From Gemmatimonadaceae bacterium (GTDB taxonomy: Bacteria > Gemmatimonadota > Gemmatimonadetes > Gemmatimonadales > Gemmatimonadaceae), in assembly GCA_031360095.1 (NCBI GenBank), contig JANMAY010000055.1:175-64174 (forward strand): 64,000 bases of DNA, given 5' to 3'. Under the pieces are notes generated by a model. That model was not told the origin of the DNA. It saw only the letters and a list, made by a program, of their open reading frames with translations, and did not search any database. Each line of letters opens with the position of its first letter. Position 1 is the stretch's first letter. The position numbers and the translations under genes are program-made. Below are positions 1 through 11,855 of this stretch, one piece after another.

Positions 1-614
1 CCGGCGAGTCGCGCCGCTTCCGCGTCGGATCCCACTGCATAGATCGCGCGGCCGATGCGGAGATGACGCAGCATCCAGCTCGCGGCCACGGTGACTGCGA
101 TGGACGTCAGCACGATGACCCAGTACGCAGACGATGGCGACAGGCCGAGCCATTGAAAGTCGGCGGGGAGGTTCTGCACCCACGCGCCTTCGGTCTGCCA
201 ACGCAGACCATCTCGCCAGGCGACGAGCATCGCAAGCGTGACGATGATCGAGGGGAGGCCGAGCACGCCGATGAGCAGACCGTTGAGCGCCCCCATCGCC
301 GCTCCGAGGGCGATCACGCACAGTGGGAGCAGCGATATCGGCACGCCTGCTTTGGCCAACATTCCGGCCGCTACGCTGCACACGGCGAACTGCGAGCCCA
401 CGGAGATGTCGATTTCGCCGATCAGGATGACCATTGTCATCCCGATCGCAACGATCAACACCGGCGCATTGTTCAGCGCCAGGTCGCGCAGGTTCGCGCC
501 GCTGAAGAAGCTCGGCGCGATGGTCGCGACGGCCAGCAGCAGCAGGATGAACGCGACGGCCGGTGGAAGGTCGCGCGTCCGCCGGCCAAGCTGCGCGATC
601 AGCGGCGTGGTCAT
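1..614 (-). CDS. Sugar ABC transporter permease (RbsC-type), N-terminal part only; the gene continues beyond the window start
   Basis: My own translation of the minus strand from the ATG at 612-614 gives MTTPLIAQLGRRTRDLPPAVAFILLLLAVATIAPSFFSGANLRDLALNNAPVLIVAIGMTMVILIGEIDISVGSQF... This is a typical ribose/monosaccharide-type permease N-terminus. The start overlaps the stop of the upstream ATPase gene (ATGA at 611-614). It is absent from the ORF track because it runs off the edge. Confidence 0.8.
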   Translation of the reverse strand, partial: MTTPLIAQLGRRTRDLPPAVAFILLLLAVATIAPSFFSGANLRDLALNNAPVLIVAIGMTMVILIGEIDISVGSQFAVCSVAAGMLAKAGVPISLLPLCVIALGAAMGALNGLLIGVLGLPSIIVTLAMLVAWRDGLRWQTEGAWVQNLPADFQWLGLSPSSAYWVIVLTSIAVTVAASWMLRHLRIGRAIYAVGSDAEAARLA

Positions 615-2140
615 GCGCCCACCGAGGGATTCGCCATGGCCGTGAACTCGCTGGTGCTTTGGCCGAGGGCGCGCGCGAGCAACCGTTCCTGCGTGGCATC
701 GGCGCGGTCGAGCACCTCGCTCACCGTGCCACCCTGCATCACGGCAATGCGATCGCTCATCCCGAGGATCTCGGGGAGCTCCGACGAGATCATGAGGATT
801 GCGACACCGCTCGCGACCAGCTCCATCATGAGCTCGTGCACCTCTGCCTTTGCACCAACGTCGATCCCCTGCGTGGGCTCGTCGAGAATGAGCATCGTGG
901 GGCGCGTGACGAGCCAGCGGCTCAGCGCCACCTTCTGCTGATTGCCTCCCGACAGGGCCGACACCAGCGTGCCGATGGACGGCGTTTTCACACCGAGGCG
1001 GCGCGTGTACTCGATTGCGACATCGCGCTCGCGCCGGAAGTCGAGCGCGCCAAAGCGCGTCATGGTCCCGAGCGCAGCGAGCGTGATGTTCTCGGACACC
1101 GGCATTTCCAGAACGACCCCGTGCCGACGCCGATCTTCGGGCACGTACGCGATTCCGTGCGCGATGGCGTCGGACGGCGAGTGGATCTGAACGCGCTTGC
1201 CGCGGACGAGGATCTCACCTGCGTCGATCGGCGTGAGGCCGAAGATCGTGCGCGCCAATTCGGTTCTTCCCGCCCCCACCAAACCGGACACGCCAACAAT
1301 TTCACCGGCGTGCACAGTCAAGCTGACATCGTGCACTCCGCTGGCCGAGCATCCAACGCGTTTCAACTCGAGCACTGGGTCGCCGATCGGCACCGTGCGT
1401 TTGGGAAACACCGCCGACAGCTCGCGGCCGACCATCATCTGAATGAGCTGTTCGCGATTCACCTCCCGCATATCGTAGGTGCCCAGCGTCCGTCCATCGC
1501 GCAACACCGTGACGCGGTCGGCAATCGCCGACAGCTCTTCCAAGCGGTGCGATATGTAGATCATCGCCACGCCGTGCGCGCGGAGCTGTCGAATCACGCG
1601 GAACAGGTTCTGCGCGTCGTCATCGGAGAGCGACGCGGTGGGCTCGTCGAGGATGAGCACCTTAGCGTCGGCGCCCAATGCGCGCGCGATCTCCACGAGC
1701 TGCTGCTCCGGCATGCTGAGATCGCCGGCTTCCGCATCCGGATCGATCCGCGCACCCACCCGCGAGAGCAGCTCCAGCGCGCGGCGCTTCCGCTCGGCCC
1801 AATCGACGCGACCGCCAAGCCCAGCGCGCTCCCAACCGATTGCGATGTTCTCGGCGACGCTGAGCTCGGGGAACAGTGCCGGTTGCTGATAGATCGCTGT
1901 AATTCCCATCGCGCGCGACGCACGCGGGGAGTGATCGCGCACGAGATGTCCCGCGACCTCTACCTCGCCTGCATCCGCGACGACCGCACCCGTCAGGATC
2001 TTGATGAACGTGGACTTCCCCGCACCGTTCTCACCAATGAGCGCATGGACTTCCCCCGCGCGCAGCTCGAGCGAGGCGCCCGCGAGTGCCTGAACTCCCG
2101 CGTATGCCTTCGTGACACCCGACGCGCGGAGAGCGAGCAT
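611..2140 (-). CDS. Sugar ABC transporter ATP-binding protein with two fused ABC cassettes (RbsA/MglA-like)
   Basis: 509-aa ORF. Walker A GENGAGKST lies near the N-terminus and the second cassette carries the LSGGNQQK signature. There is an 11-nt gap to the upstream rhaEW gene and a 4-nt overlap with the downstream permease. Confidence 0.9.
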   Translation of the reverse strand: MLALRASGVTKAYAGVQALAGASLELRAGEVHALIGENGAGKSTFIKILTGAVVADAGEVEVAGHLVRDHSPRASRAMGITAIYQQPALFPELSVAENIAIGWERAGLGGRVDWAERKRRALELLSRVGARIDPDAEAGDLSMPEQQLVEIARALGADAKVLILDEPTASLSDDDAQNLFRVIRQLRAHGVAMIYISHRLEELSAIADRVTVLRDGRTLGTYDMREVNREQLIQMMVGRELSAVFPKRTVPIGDPVLELKRVGCSASGVHDVSLTVHAGEIVGVSGLVGAGRTELARTIFGLTPIDAGEILVRGKRVQIHSPSDAIAHGIAYVPEDRRRHGVVLEMPVSENITLAALGTMTRFGALDFRRERDVAIEYTRRLGVKTPSIGTLVSALSGGNQQKVALSRWLVTRPTMLILDEPTQGIDVGAKAEVHELMMELVASGVAILMISSELPEILGMSDRIAVMQGGTVSEVLDRADATQERLLARALGQSTSEFTAMANPSVGA

Positions 2141-2151
2141 CGCGATCGCCG

Positions 2152-4361
<2,210 letters not shown>

Positions 4362-4365
<4 letters not shown>

Positions 4366-5801
4366 TGTATTCGGGAATTGGCTGATCGAGGAATGAATTC
4401 GGTGACTCGTGTGCTCCGGCGCGCGGCCTCGCGAACGGACACCCCCGCTGGCAAGTCTCCCAGCGCGCGCGCCTGCACGAGCAGGTTGCCGAGCACCGTG
4501 GCTTCTTCCGGCCCGGCCAGCACCCGCCGGTCGCATGCATCCGCAGTGAGCTGATTGAGCAGCGTGTTGCGCGCACCGCCGCCCACGATGTGGACATCTG
4601 TGATCGGCGATGCGATGAGGCCTTCAAGTTCGCGCAGCGTCGATGCGCAACTCTCGGCAAGGCTGTCGAGGATCAGCCGCACCAACGCGCCGCGGCCTTC
4701 GCCGAGCGTGATCCCGTTCACGACGCACGCGGCGTGGATCTTCTCGGCCATGCCACCGCGCTCACCGAACTGGGGCGCGTCGAGATCGAGCGTCCCGTTG
4801 GACGTCGGGGCATCGGTCGCCTCGGCGAACAGCACGTCGTACGAGGGACGTTCGCCCTTCTCCGCCCACTCTCGACAGCACTCTTCGAGCACCCACATTC
4901 CCGTGCGATTCTTGAGGAAGCGAATCGTGCCGTCCAGACCGGACTCGTTCGTAAAACCTGCCTCACGAGCATGGTCGCTTGTGATCGGCGCATCGAGCTC
5001 CGCACCCACCAGCGACCACGTTCCGGAGCTCACGAACGCCCATCCGCTTTCCCCAGAAGCGGGCACCGCGGCAACGGCGGCCGCCGTGTCGTGCGCACAT
5101 GTCGCGATCACGAGCGGCGCGCTCGCATATCCATCCGGAAGCGCGCCAGGCACCGCCGCGCCAAGGGTCGTGCCGGCCGGTACGATGCGCGGCCAGCGCG
5201 ACGGATCGTCACCGATGGCGCATATCAGTGGCTCGGACCACTCGCCCGTGCGCACGTTCATGAGCTGCGTCGTGCTCGCCATGGTGCGCTCCGCCACCGC
5301 CTTTCCGCTGAGCAAAAACAGGAAGTATTCGGCGATGGTCAGCCGGGTCGCCGTTCGCGCGAGCAGCGCCGGCTCGTCTTCGACATCGGCCACGATCTGC
5401 GAGATCGTGTTCAGCTCGAGAAACTGAATGCCCGTTTGCCCATAGAGCGCCTTGGCGCCACCGGCGAGACGAGTGGCCGTGGCGAGTCGCCCCTGTGTCC
5501 GCGAATCGCGATAGGCATACGGGCGGCGCACCGCGACGCGCTGTTCGTCGAGCGGCACATAATCGACGGCCCACGAATCAACCGAGATCGAACGCAGCGA
5601 GGGCACGGTACTCAGCGCCTCGCTGACGCCGCGCCGGATCTCCGTCCACATCGTCGCGATGTCCCAGTACAGATGCCCCTTCTCCTCGAGGATTGGCGTC
5701 CGAAAGCGATGGACTTCCTGTGTGCGCATGCAGTCGCCATCCCATGTGCCAACGATCGCGCGCCCGCTCGATGCGCCGAGATCGATGGCCAGATAGCTCA
5801 T
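4362..5801 (-). CDS. rhaB: Rhamnulokinase (FGGY carbohydrate kinase family)
   Basis: 479 aa. N-terminal motif MSYLAIDLGASSGRAIVG and C-terminal FGGY motif HIVGGGARNTLLNQLTADA. It sits between the isomerase and aldolase genes with ATGA overlaps on both sides. Confidence 0.85.
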
Positions 5802-7060
5802 TCCGTGCGCTCACTTGCCTTGCGGGCGCGGTATCCCGATGCGCGAAAGGCGGCGATCGGATCGAGTGCTCCGCCGGCGCGGCGTCGCGCTTCGGCGACA
5901 AGCGGTCGCGCGTCGGCCTCGAACGCGTCCTTGAGCGTGCGCTCCGCCATCAGCACGTCACCCGCATCCTGATACTCCGCGAGCGCTCGGCGATCGACGA
6001 GCAGCGCCTTCGCGTACGCGAGCTGCAGCTGATCGACCGTCTGCAGCAACGCTTCGATTGGATCCTTGATGTTGTGGCTCTGGTCGATCATGTACGCCGG
6101 CCGAAATCCCGCGAGCTTCTCGCGCTCGGCGAGCACGAGCTCGTGGAATACGAGAAACAATCCGTATGGCTTGATGGATCCAGCCGTGAGATCGTCGTCG
6201 CCGTACTTCGAGTCGTTGAAGTGAAAGCCGCCGAGCTTTCCTGCGCCCAACAGCCGCGCCACGACGAGCTCGATGTTCGTGTTTGGCAGATGATGGCCGA
6301 GGTCCACGAGACACTGGGCGCGGTCGCCGAGCGACTGCGCGAGCAAGAGCGAGGAGCCCCAGTCCTGCACCACGGTGGCGTAGAAGGCCGGCTCGTACGG
6401 TTTGTGTTCAGTGAACAGTCGCCATGTGCTCGGCAGCGATGCATACACGTCGCGGAGACAGTTGAGCACGCGGTCGAAGCTTCCGCGCAGCGACATCTGG
6501 CCGGGATAATTCGAGCCGTCCGCCAGCCAGATGGAAATGGCGTCCGACCCCAGCGCCTGACCGATTTCGATCACATGCTGATGGTGTTCCACGGCTTGGC
6601 GACGCACGGCGGGATCGGGATGGCTGAACGATCCGAGCTTGTAGCTCAACGGCTGGCCCGGCTGATCCTGGAACGTGTTCGAGTTCACGGCATCGAACGC
6701 CAACCCGAGCAGGGCCGCCTGCTCGCGCAGCGCGGCGGCGTCTTCGGGCTCGTCCCACGGGATGTGCAGCGATACGCGCGGTGTCGCGCCGGTGAGCTGA
6801 TGGACGACCGCCGCATCTTCGAGCTTTTCGGCGATCGTGCGTGGCTCACCGGGACCGGCGAATCGGCCGAACCTGGTACCGCCGGTGGTGAAGGCCCACG
6901 AGGGCAGCGCCACCTCGAACTTTCGAACGGCGACGATGCACTCGTCCATCTGCACGCCCCGTCGCGCGAGCCGATCCGACAGCGCAGCGAGATCGTCCTC
7001 GTGCGCGTGAAGCGTCCGCGCGTCTGCGGTGGTCTCGATGGTCGGACGACTGAATGTCAT
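5798..7060 (-). CDS. rhaI: L-rhamnose isomerase (xylose-isomerase-like TIM barrel, RhaI type)
   Basis: ORF 5798-7102 trimmed to the ATG at 7058-7060 (MTFSRPTIETT...), giving 420 aa. It resembles the ~430-aa Pseudomonas stutzeri/actinobacterial-type rhamnose isomerases. It is the first gene of the rhaB-rhaEW-ABC operon. Confidence 0.75.
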   Translation of the reverse strand: MTFSRPTIETTADARTLHAHEDDLAALSDRLARRGVQMDECIVAVRKFEVALPSWAFTTGGTRFGRFAGPGEPRTIAEKLEDAAVVHQLTGATPRVSLHIPWDEPEDAAALREQAALLGLAFDAVNSNTFQDQPGQPLSYKLGSFSHPDPAVRRQAVEHHQHVIEIGQALGSDAISIWLADGSNYPGQMSLRGSFDRVLNCLRDVYASLPSTWRLFTEHKPYEPAFYATVVQDWGSSLLLAQSLGDRAQCLVDLGHHLPNTNIELVVARLLGAGKLGGFHFNDSKYGDDDLTAGSIKPYGLFLVFHELVLAEREKLAGFRPAYMIDQSHNIKDPIEALLQTVDQLQLAYAKALLVDRRALAEYQDAGDVLMAERTLKDAFEADARPLVAEARRRAGGALDPIAAFRASGYRARKASERTE

Positions 7061-7094
7061 GCCCCGAGGGATGGAGGGCTGGCGCCACGACGTA

Positions 7095-7110
7095 GTGCAC
7101 AAATGTGCAG
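7095..7110. promoter_or_regulatory. Putative operator: near-perfect 16-bp palindrome GTGCACAAATGTGCAG
   Basis: Read directly from the sequence. It lies 35-50 nt upstream of the rhaI start, in the 131-bp gap between rhaI and the TonB receptor gene. A perfect copy, GTGCACAAATGTGCAC, occurs at 11882-11897. Confidence 0.55.
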
Positions 7111-7191
7111 CAACTGTCGTTTGTTCAGCTCAACGTTACGCGCCCCGTGTCCCGGCCACAAGCACGACCGGCCATGTCGCCGGCCGCGCCG

Positions 7192-9330
7192 TCAGCGGTT
7201 CGACTCCAGTCCCACGCTCAGGACGCGGCCCGCCGCCGGGTAGTAGTAGATGAGCGGGCTGCCAGCGGGATCGGGGAAACCCGTCGAGTTGTACTGTGTT
7301 CCGAACAGGTTGCGGACGTCGAGCGTGAGCCTCGTGCGGCCAACCGCGTGCGAGACCCGCGCGTCGAGCTGCGTATGGCCAGCCAACGTGAGCGTATTCT
7401 GGTCGTTCAGGAACGAGTCCCCAATGCTGGTCACGCTGAGCGATGCCGAGAGACCCGTGAGCGACGAGCGAGTGATGCCACTGGCGATCACGCGACGCGG
7501 AATCGCCTTCAGCTGCCGCCCACTGTCGGCAAGATCGCGAGACGTCACACGTTGGAGCGTGAGGTTGGCGAACGCGCTGAGGGACTTCGGTCCGTCGAGC
7601 GTGAGTCCCGTTTCCACACCGCGGTGCCGGCTCGACCCAAGATTCACGTAGCGGAACTTCTTGAGATCGAAATCCAGCTCGTTGCGCATGTCGGTCTGAT
7701 AGGCCGAGACACTCACGCGCGCATCGAGCTCGCTGGGCACAACTTGGACGCGATGGTACGCCCCAATCTCCACGTTCTTGCCGTACTGCGCCTCGAGCGC
7801 GGGGTTGGACGTCGAGATGGCAAAGGGAGGAAAGGGCACGGGCGTACGGCGCTGGTCGAACAGCTGATCCATCGTTGGCGCCTTGAACGACTGGCCGACC
7901 GTCACGTAGGCGCGACCCGTCTGACGCTCGGATTCGAAATAGCGAAGGTTGATTCCCGCCTTGGGGCTGAAGGCCGATCGAAAGACATTGGTTGAAGTCC
8001 CCGTGCTGGGGGTCTGCGGCTCGTACCGATCGGTGATCCAGTCCATTCGCCCACCCAGCGAGAGGCGAAGCGCGTCGGAGAACGATCCTTCCCAGTGCGC
8101 GAAGGCCGCTGCCATCGAGCGGTGTCCTTCGCCCTTGGAGTCGAGCGCGCCCGTGGTGCCGGGCGACGACGCGTACGCGCCCGCCGGCCCAGTCACCACC
8201 TTGAAGTACTCGGACGTGAGGCGGCCCGCACCGGCATCCGTGCCGACGACAATGCTGTTGTGCAGTGCCCCGGTCGTTCCCGAGAGCTCTGTCTGCAGTG
8301 AGCCAACGATGCGATCGGATTGCAACTGCCGGTCCTTCGTGTCAGCGAACGCGGGCGAGAGAGGCAGCGTGCGCACCGCGCTCGTTCGCGACTGTTCGCC
8401 TGTGAGGTAGCCCGACACTCTGGCATGCGCGCTCACGGTGGTCGCGCCGTCCAGCGCGAGACGGTGGACGCGCTGATGGGTGTTGTCGAACCGGAAGAAC
8501 GGAGTCGCCGCGCGTGTCGACCGTCTCACGCTCGAGTCAGCGAGCGGACCTGGTTCGTCGAACGAGCGCCAATGGTTCAACGTCGACAACGTCAGGGAAT
8601 GCGCTACGCTGTTCGTGAGCGCGATCGAGCCTCCAACGCTCGCCCCTTCGCGGCGCTCGTGCGCGCGAAAGCCCGACGAGCGGCGCAGATCGCCGAATAA
8701 GCGCGCCTGATGTCCGCCAATGGGACCGCCGAGCGCGACGTTGCCCTGCGCCTGGCCAAATTCGCCGCCGGCAATGCGCCAACGCGCCAACGTGCCGTCA
8801 CGGCGCGTAATCAGGTTGATCACGCCCCCGACCGCGGCATCGCCATACAGCGGAGACGCGCCGCCACGCACGACTTCGATGGACTCGATCGCCTGAAGCG
8901 GAACGAGATCCCAGTTCACCTGTCCCGTGGCGAGCTCGGTTGACGGAACGCCGTCGATGAGCACCGTGGCGTAGTCGGTCTCGCCTCCGCCATAAAATCC
9001 GCGAACAATCAGACGCGGTGCGAGGCCGAGTCCGTCGCCCTGGAGCACGATGACACCGGGCACGTACTGCATTGCGTCGGCGACTGTAGTTGCCGGCAGC
9101 CGCCGAAGCGCTTCGCCAGATAGACGCGTCACCGCAGCGGAGGACGTGGTGAGCGGCGCATCGACGCGGCCCGCGGTGACGACGATCGCATCGAGCGTCT
9201 GCGAGCGCGTGCTGTCGCGGATGCCCGTCGAGTCGCTCGTGCGCCGCGGCGACTGCGCGCCCGTCGCGAACGCCGGCAACATGATCAAAGTCAGCGCGAC
9301 TGCGCCGAGCGAGCGAGAACGCGCCGTCAT
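7192..9330 (-). CDS. TonB-dependent outer-membrane receptor
   Basis: ORF 7192-9360 trimmed to the ATG at 9330 (MTARSRSLGAVALTLIMLPAFATGAQS signal). A plug region (LDAIVVTAGR..., VADAMQYVPGVIVLQ, RGFYGGGETDYATVLIDGVP) is followed by a long beta-barrel region. The start overlaps the GH31 stop (ATGA at 9327-9330). Confidence 0.85.
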   Translation of the reverse strand: MTARSRSLGAVALTLIMLPAFATGAQSPRRTSDSTGIRDSTRSQTLDAIVVTAGRVDAPLTTSSAAVTRLSGEALRRLPATTVADAMQYVPGVIVLQGDGLGLAPRLIVRGFYGGGETDYATVLIDGVPSTELATGQVNWDLVPLQAIESIEVVRGGASPLYGDAAVGGVINLITRRDGTLARWRIAGGEFGQAQGNVALGGPIGGHQARLFGDLRRSSGFRAHERREGASVGGSIALTNSVAHSLTLSTLNHWRSFDEPGPLADSSVRRSTRAATPFFRFDNTHQRVHRLALDGATTVSAHARVSGYLTGEQSRTSAVRTLPLSPAFADTKDRQLQSDRIVGSLQTELSGTTGALHNSIVVGTDAGAGRLTSEYFKVVTGPAGAYASSPGTTGALDSKGEGHRSMAAAFAHWEGSFSDALRLSLGGRMDWITDRYEPQTPSTGTSTNVFRSAFSPKAGINLRYFESERQTGRAYVTVGQSFKAPTMDQLFDQRRTPVPFPPFAISTSNPALEAQYGKNVEIGAYHRVQVVPSELDARVSVSAYQTDMRNELDFDLKKFRYVNLGSSRHRGVETGLTLDGPKSLSAFANLTLQRVTSRDLADSGRQLKAIPRRVIASGITRSSLTGLSASLSVTSIGDSFLNDQNTLTLAGHTQLDARVSHAVGRTRLTLDVRNLFGTQYNSTGFPDPAGSPLIYYYPAAGRVLSVGLESNR

Positions 9331-11741
9331 GGCGCGAGGGGTTGTCGGGTTACACGCCAACGCACTGTACCATTGAAAGGGTCACCCACGACGCGACCAT
9401 TCGCGACGCGCACTGTCCGAACGTCCCCGGTGTCACCGGATGTCACCTCGCCAGAGGACGTCGTACTATCCGTGGAGAATACACGAAGCTCGAGCTGATT
9501 CCAATTGATCGAACCCGTACTTTGCGCGAGCCCAGCGTGGGCGATCGCCGCATGGTTCCGCACGAGGAGGACGATCGGGATCTGCCCTGCCTCGATCTCG
9601 TGCCACCGAGCGCCTTCGTAGGTGCGGCCCGACTGGTAATCAATCCAGGTGCCGGGCGGAGCGTACACGCGGCGCCGCGAGATGCTGTCGGCGAACAGCG
9701 GCGCCACGAGCAGATCGGTTCCGAACAAGTACTCGTCTTCGATCGTCCACGAGGTTGGATCGTGCGGGAAGTCGAAAAAGAGCGCCCGGAGCATGGGATG
9801 TCCGAGCGCCGCGCTTCGCTTCGCCTGAGCAAGGATGTACGGCATCAGCGTGTACTTGAGCTCGATCGCCCGCCGGAAGTCCGCCATGAACGCCTCGTCG
9901 TATTCCCACGGCTCGCGCGGCGGCGCACCATGCGTGCGCGTGTGCGACGTCAGCGCACCGAACGGCGTCCATCGCCGATACAAGTCGCGCGGCGCACGAT
10001 TGACGAATCCGCCGATGTCATGACTCCAGAAGCTGAAGCCCGACAGTCCCATGGAGAGACCGGACCGGAGCGTCGCCGCCATGGCACTGTTGGTGTTTTC
10101 GGCGTCACCGCCCCAGTGCAGCGGATACCGCTGGCTGCCGGCCCAGGCGCTGCGCGCCCAGATGATCCCCTCGCGCGCGCCGTTCGCCTCGCGCGTCACG
10201 TCGTACACGGCCTGATTGTATCGCACGGGATACAGATTGTGCTCGTACCATCCCGAGCGCCCTGAATGGTAGATGCCCGTTGCCGGCGCATTCTCACCAA
10301 AGTCCGCCTTGATGGCGGAGACGCCCATCCTCAGCAGCTCGGCAAGCTTGCCGCGATACCAGCGTACCGCCGCGGGATTGCTGAAGTCGAGCACAGCATC
10401 CTCGGCCGGCAGACGACCGCCCTCGTTGCGCACGTGGTACCCATTGTCCACCACCTCGCGCCAAATCGTGTTCTTCGGCGTGAAGTACGTGTACTGCCAC
10501 AGGCTCACGCGAAAGCCCAGCGCGCGGAGATCGCTGAGCATGCCGCGCGGATTGGGAAAACGACTGGCAGAAAACTGAAAGTCGCCTCGCCAGTCAGTTT
10601 CGAACCAGCCCGTGTCGAGATGAAGGACATCGGCGGGAATGCGATGCTGGCGCATGAGTCGCGCGACCTCACGCGCCTCCGCCTCCGTCTTGTAGGTGAT
10701 GCGACTCATCCACAGGCCGAACGACCATAGCGGCGGCACGGGACTGCGCCCGGTAATCGCGGTGTACTCGGAAACGACATCCTTCGGTTCGCCGAGGAAG
10801 ACGAAGAGATCGAGCTGCTCATCGCCGGAGTAGATCGCGTGGTGGGAGTCGAACTCGGCACCGACGTCAAAGGTCACGGGAGCGCTCGTGTGCACGAACA
10901 TCCCGTAGCCGCGGCTGCTCAGGAAAAATGGAACGGCTTTGTACTGCAGCTTGCTCTGTGCACCCATCGCGTCACGCAGATACGCCACGATGCGCTGACC
11001 GCGCTTGTCGAGCCGCGTGAAGGATTCTCCCATGCCGAATATCTTCTCGTCTGGCGCCAGCTCGAATACCGCGGCGGTGCTGCGTCCCAGGTCCCGCGCG
11101 CGCCGCACGAACGAGAACGGGACGTATGGTGTGAACGAGTTCGGCTGACCGAGCCGCTGTGTGCGCGTGAGCAGGCGACCGGACGAGTCGTAGAGCTCGA
11201 GCGACCACGGATTCTTCACGAGGCGCACTCGGCCGTAGTCGCTCGTCCAGGTGATCGTGCTGTCGCGTGTTTCGGCGCGCCAGGCGCTGCTGGTTGGCAC
11301 CGGTCCAGCGAGCATGATGGAAGCGCTGTCCGCATCGAATGGCATGTTGCGCGTCGACATCCGGATGCGCAGCGATCGGGCGCTCACGAAGTCGATGCGG
11401 AACGGGAGCACGGGATCGCGGTCGTACTCCGAGCCGGGAAATTCCGTGGCGTTCCCACGCGTGAACCCGCGGTCGACTTTGTTGAAATTCAGCCCCGGCT
11501 GCCTGACGTACCGGTCCCACTGCAGCGTGCCTCGGCCGGTGTTCGCGTCGAACTGCGCGACACGGTTGGCCATGAAAAACGTCTGCTCGGGCGCGAGGAA
11601 GTCTTGACCCACGTCGATCGGATCACCGGCGACCTGCGCCAGCGCCGATGAGGCGAGTGGAAGTGCGCACGCGAGCGCGAGCAGCGTCGCGCCGGCGACC
11701 CGCCACAGCCGGCGTGTGGAGAAAGTGTCAGTGAGCGTCAT
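9327..11741 (-). CDS. Glycoside hydrolase family 31 (YicI-like alpha-xylosidase/alpha-glucosidase), secreted
   Basis: ORF 9327-11768; the ATG at 11741 gives MTLTDTFSTRRLWRVAGATLLALACALPLASSALAQ. GH31 hallmarks are present: HLDTGWF, LWQYTYF, the IKADFGE nucleophile region, and WGGD. Confidence 0.85.
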   Translation of the reverse strand: MTLTDTFSTRRLWRVAGATLLALACALPLASSALAQVAGDPIDVGQDFLAPEQTFFMANRVAQFDANTGRGTLQWDRYVRQPGLNFNKVDRGFTRGNATEFPGSEYDRDPVLPFRIDFVSARSLRIRMSTRNMPFDADSASIMLAGPVPTSSAWRAETRDSTITWTSDYGRVRLVKNPWSLELYDSSGRLLTRTQRLGQPNSFTPYVPFSFVRRARDLGRSTAAVFELAPDEKIFGMGESFTRLDKRGQRIVAYLRDAMGAQSKLQYKAVPFFLSSRGYGMFVHTSAPVTFDVGAEFDSHHAIYSGDEQLDLFVFLGEPKDVVSEYTAITGRSPVPPLWSFGLWMSRITYKTEAEAREVARLMRQHRIPADVLHLDTGWFETDWRGDFQFSASRFPNPRGMLSDLRALGFRVSLWQYTYFTPKNTIWREVVDNGYHVRNEGGRLPAEDAVLDFSNPAAVRWYRGKLAELLRMGVSAIKADFGENAPATGIYHSGRSGWYEHNLYPVRYNQAVYDVTREANGAREGIIWARSAWAGSQRYPLHWGGDAENTNSAMAATLRSGLSMGLSGFSFWSHDIGGFVNRAPRDLYRRWTPFGALTSHTRTHGAPPREPWEYDEAFMADFRRAIELKYTLMPYILAQAKRSAALGHPMLRALFFDFPHDPTSWTIEDEYLFGTDLLVAPLFADSISRRRVYAPPGTWIDYQSGRTYEGARWHEIEAGQIPIVLLVRNHAAIAHAGLAQSTGSINWNQLELRVFSTDSTTSSGEVTSGDTGDVRTVRVANGRVVGDPFNGTVRWRVTRQPLAP

Positions 11742-11855
11742 GGGCGGCGACGGAGGACAAATGAGCACGCACAGCTCGAATGTGTGCCCGGTGCGCTCTA
11801 TTGACTACCCCGCTGACTCTCGCGCGCGTGGAGTGGAGCGAGTAGTCTGGGTGCT

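Noticed and set aside
63-941. 292-aa plus-strand ORF at the window start (with the nested 238-645 ORF)
   Set aside because: It lies antisense to the ABC permease and ATPase genes, which have clear family motifs. Its translation is Arg/His/Asp-rich with no recognisable domain, typical of spurious antisense ORFs in GC-rich DNA.
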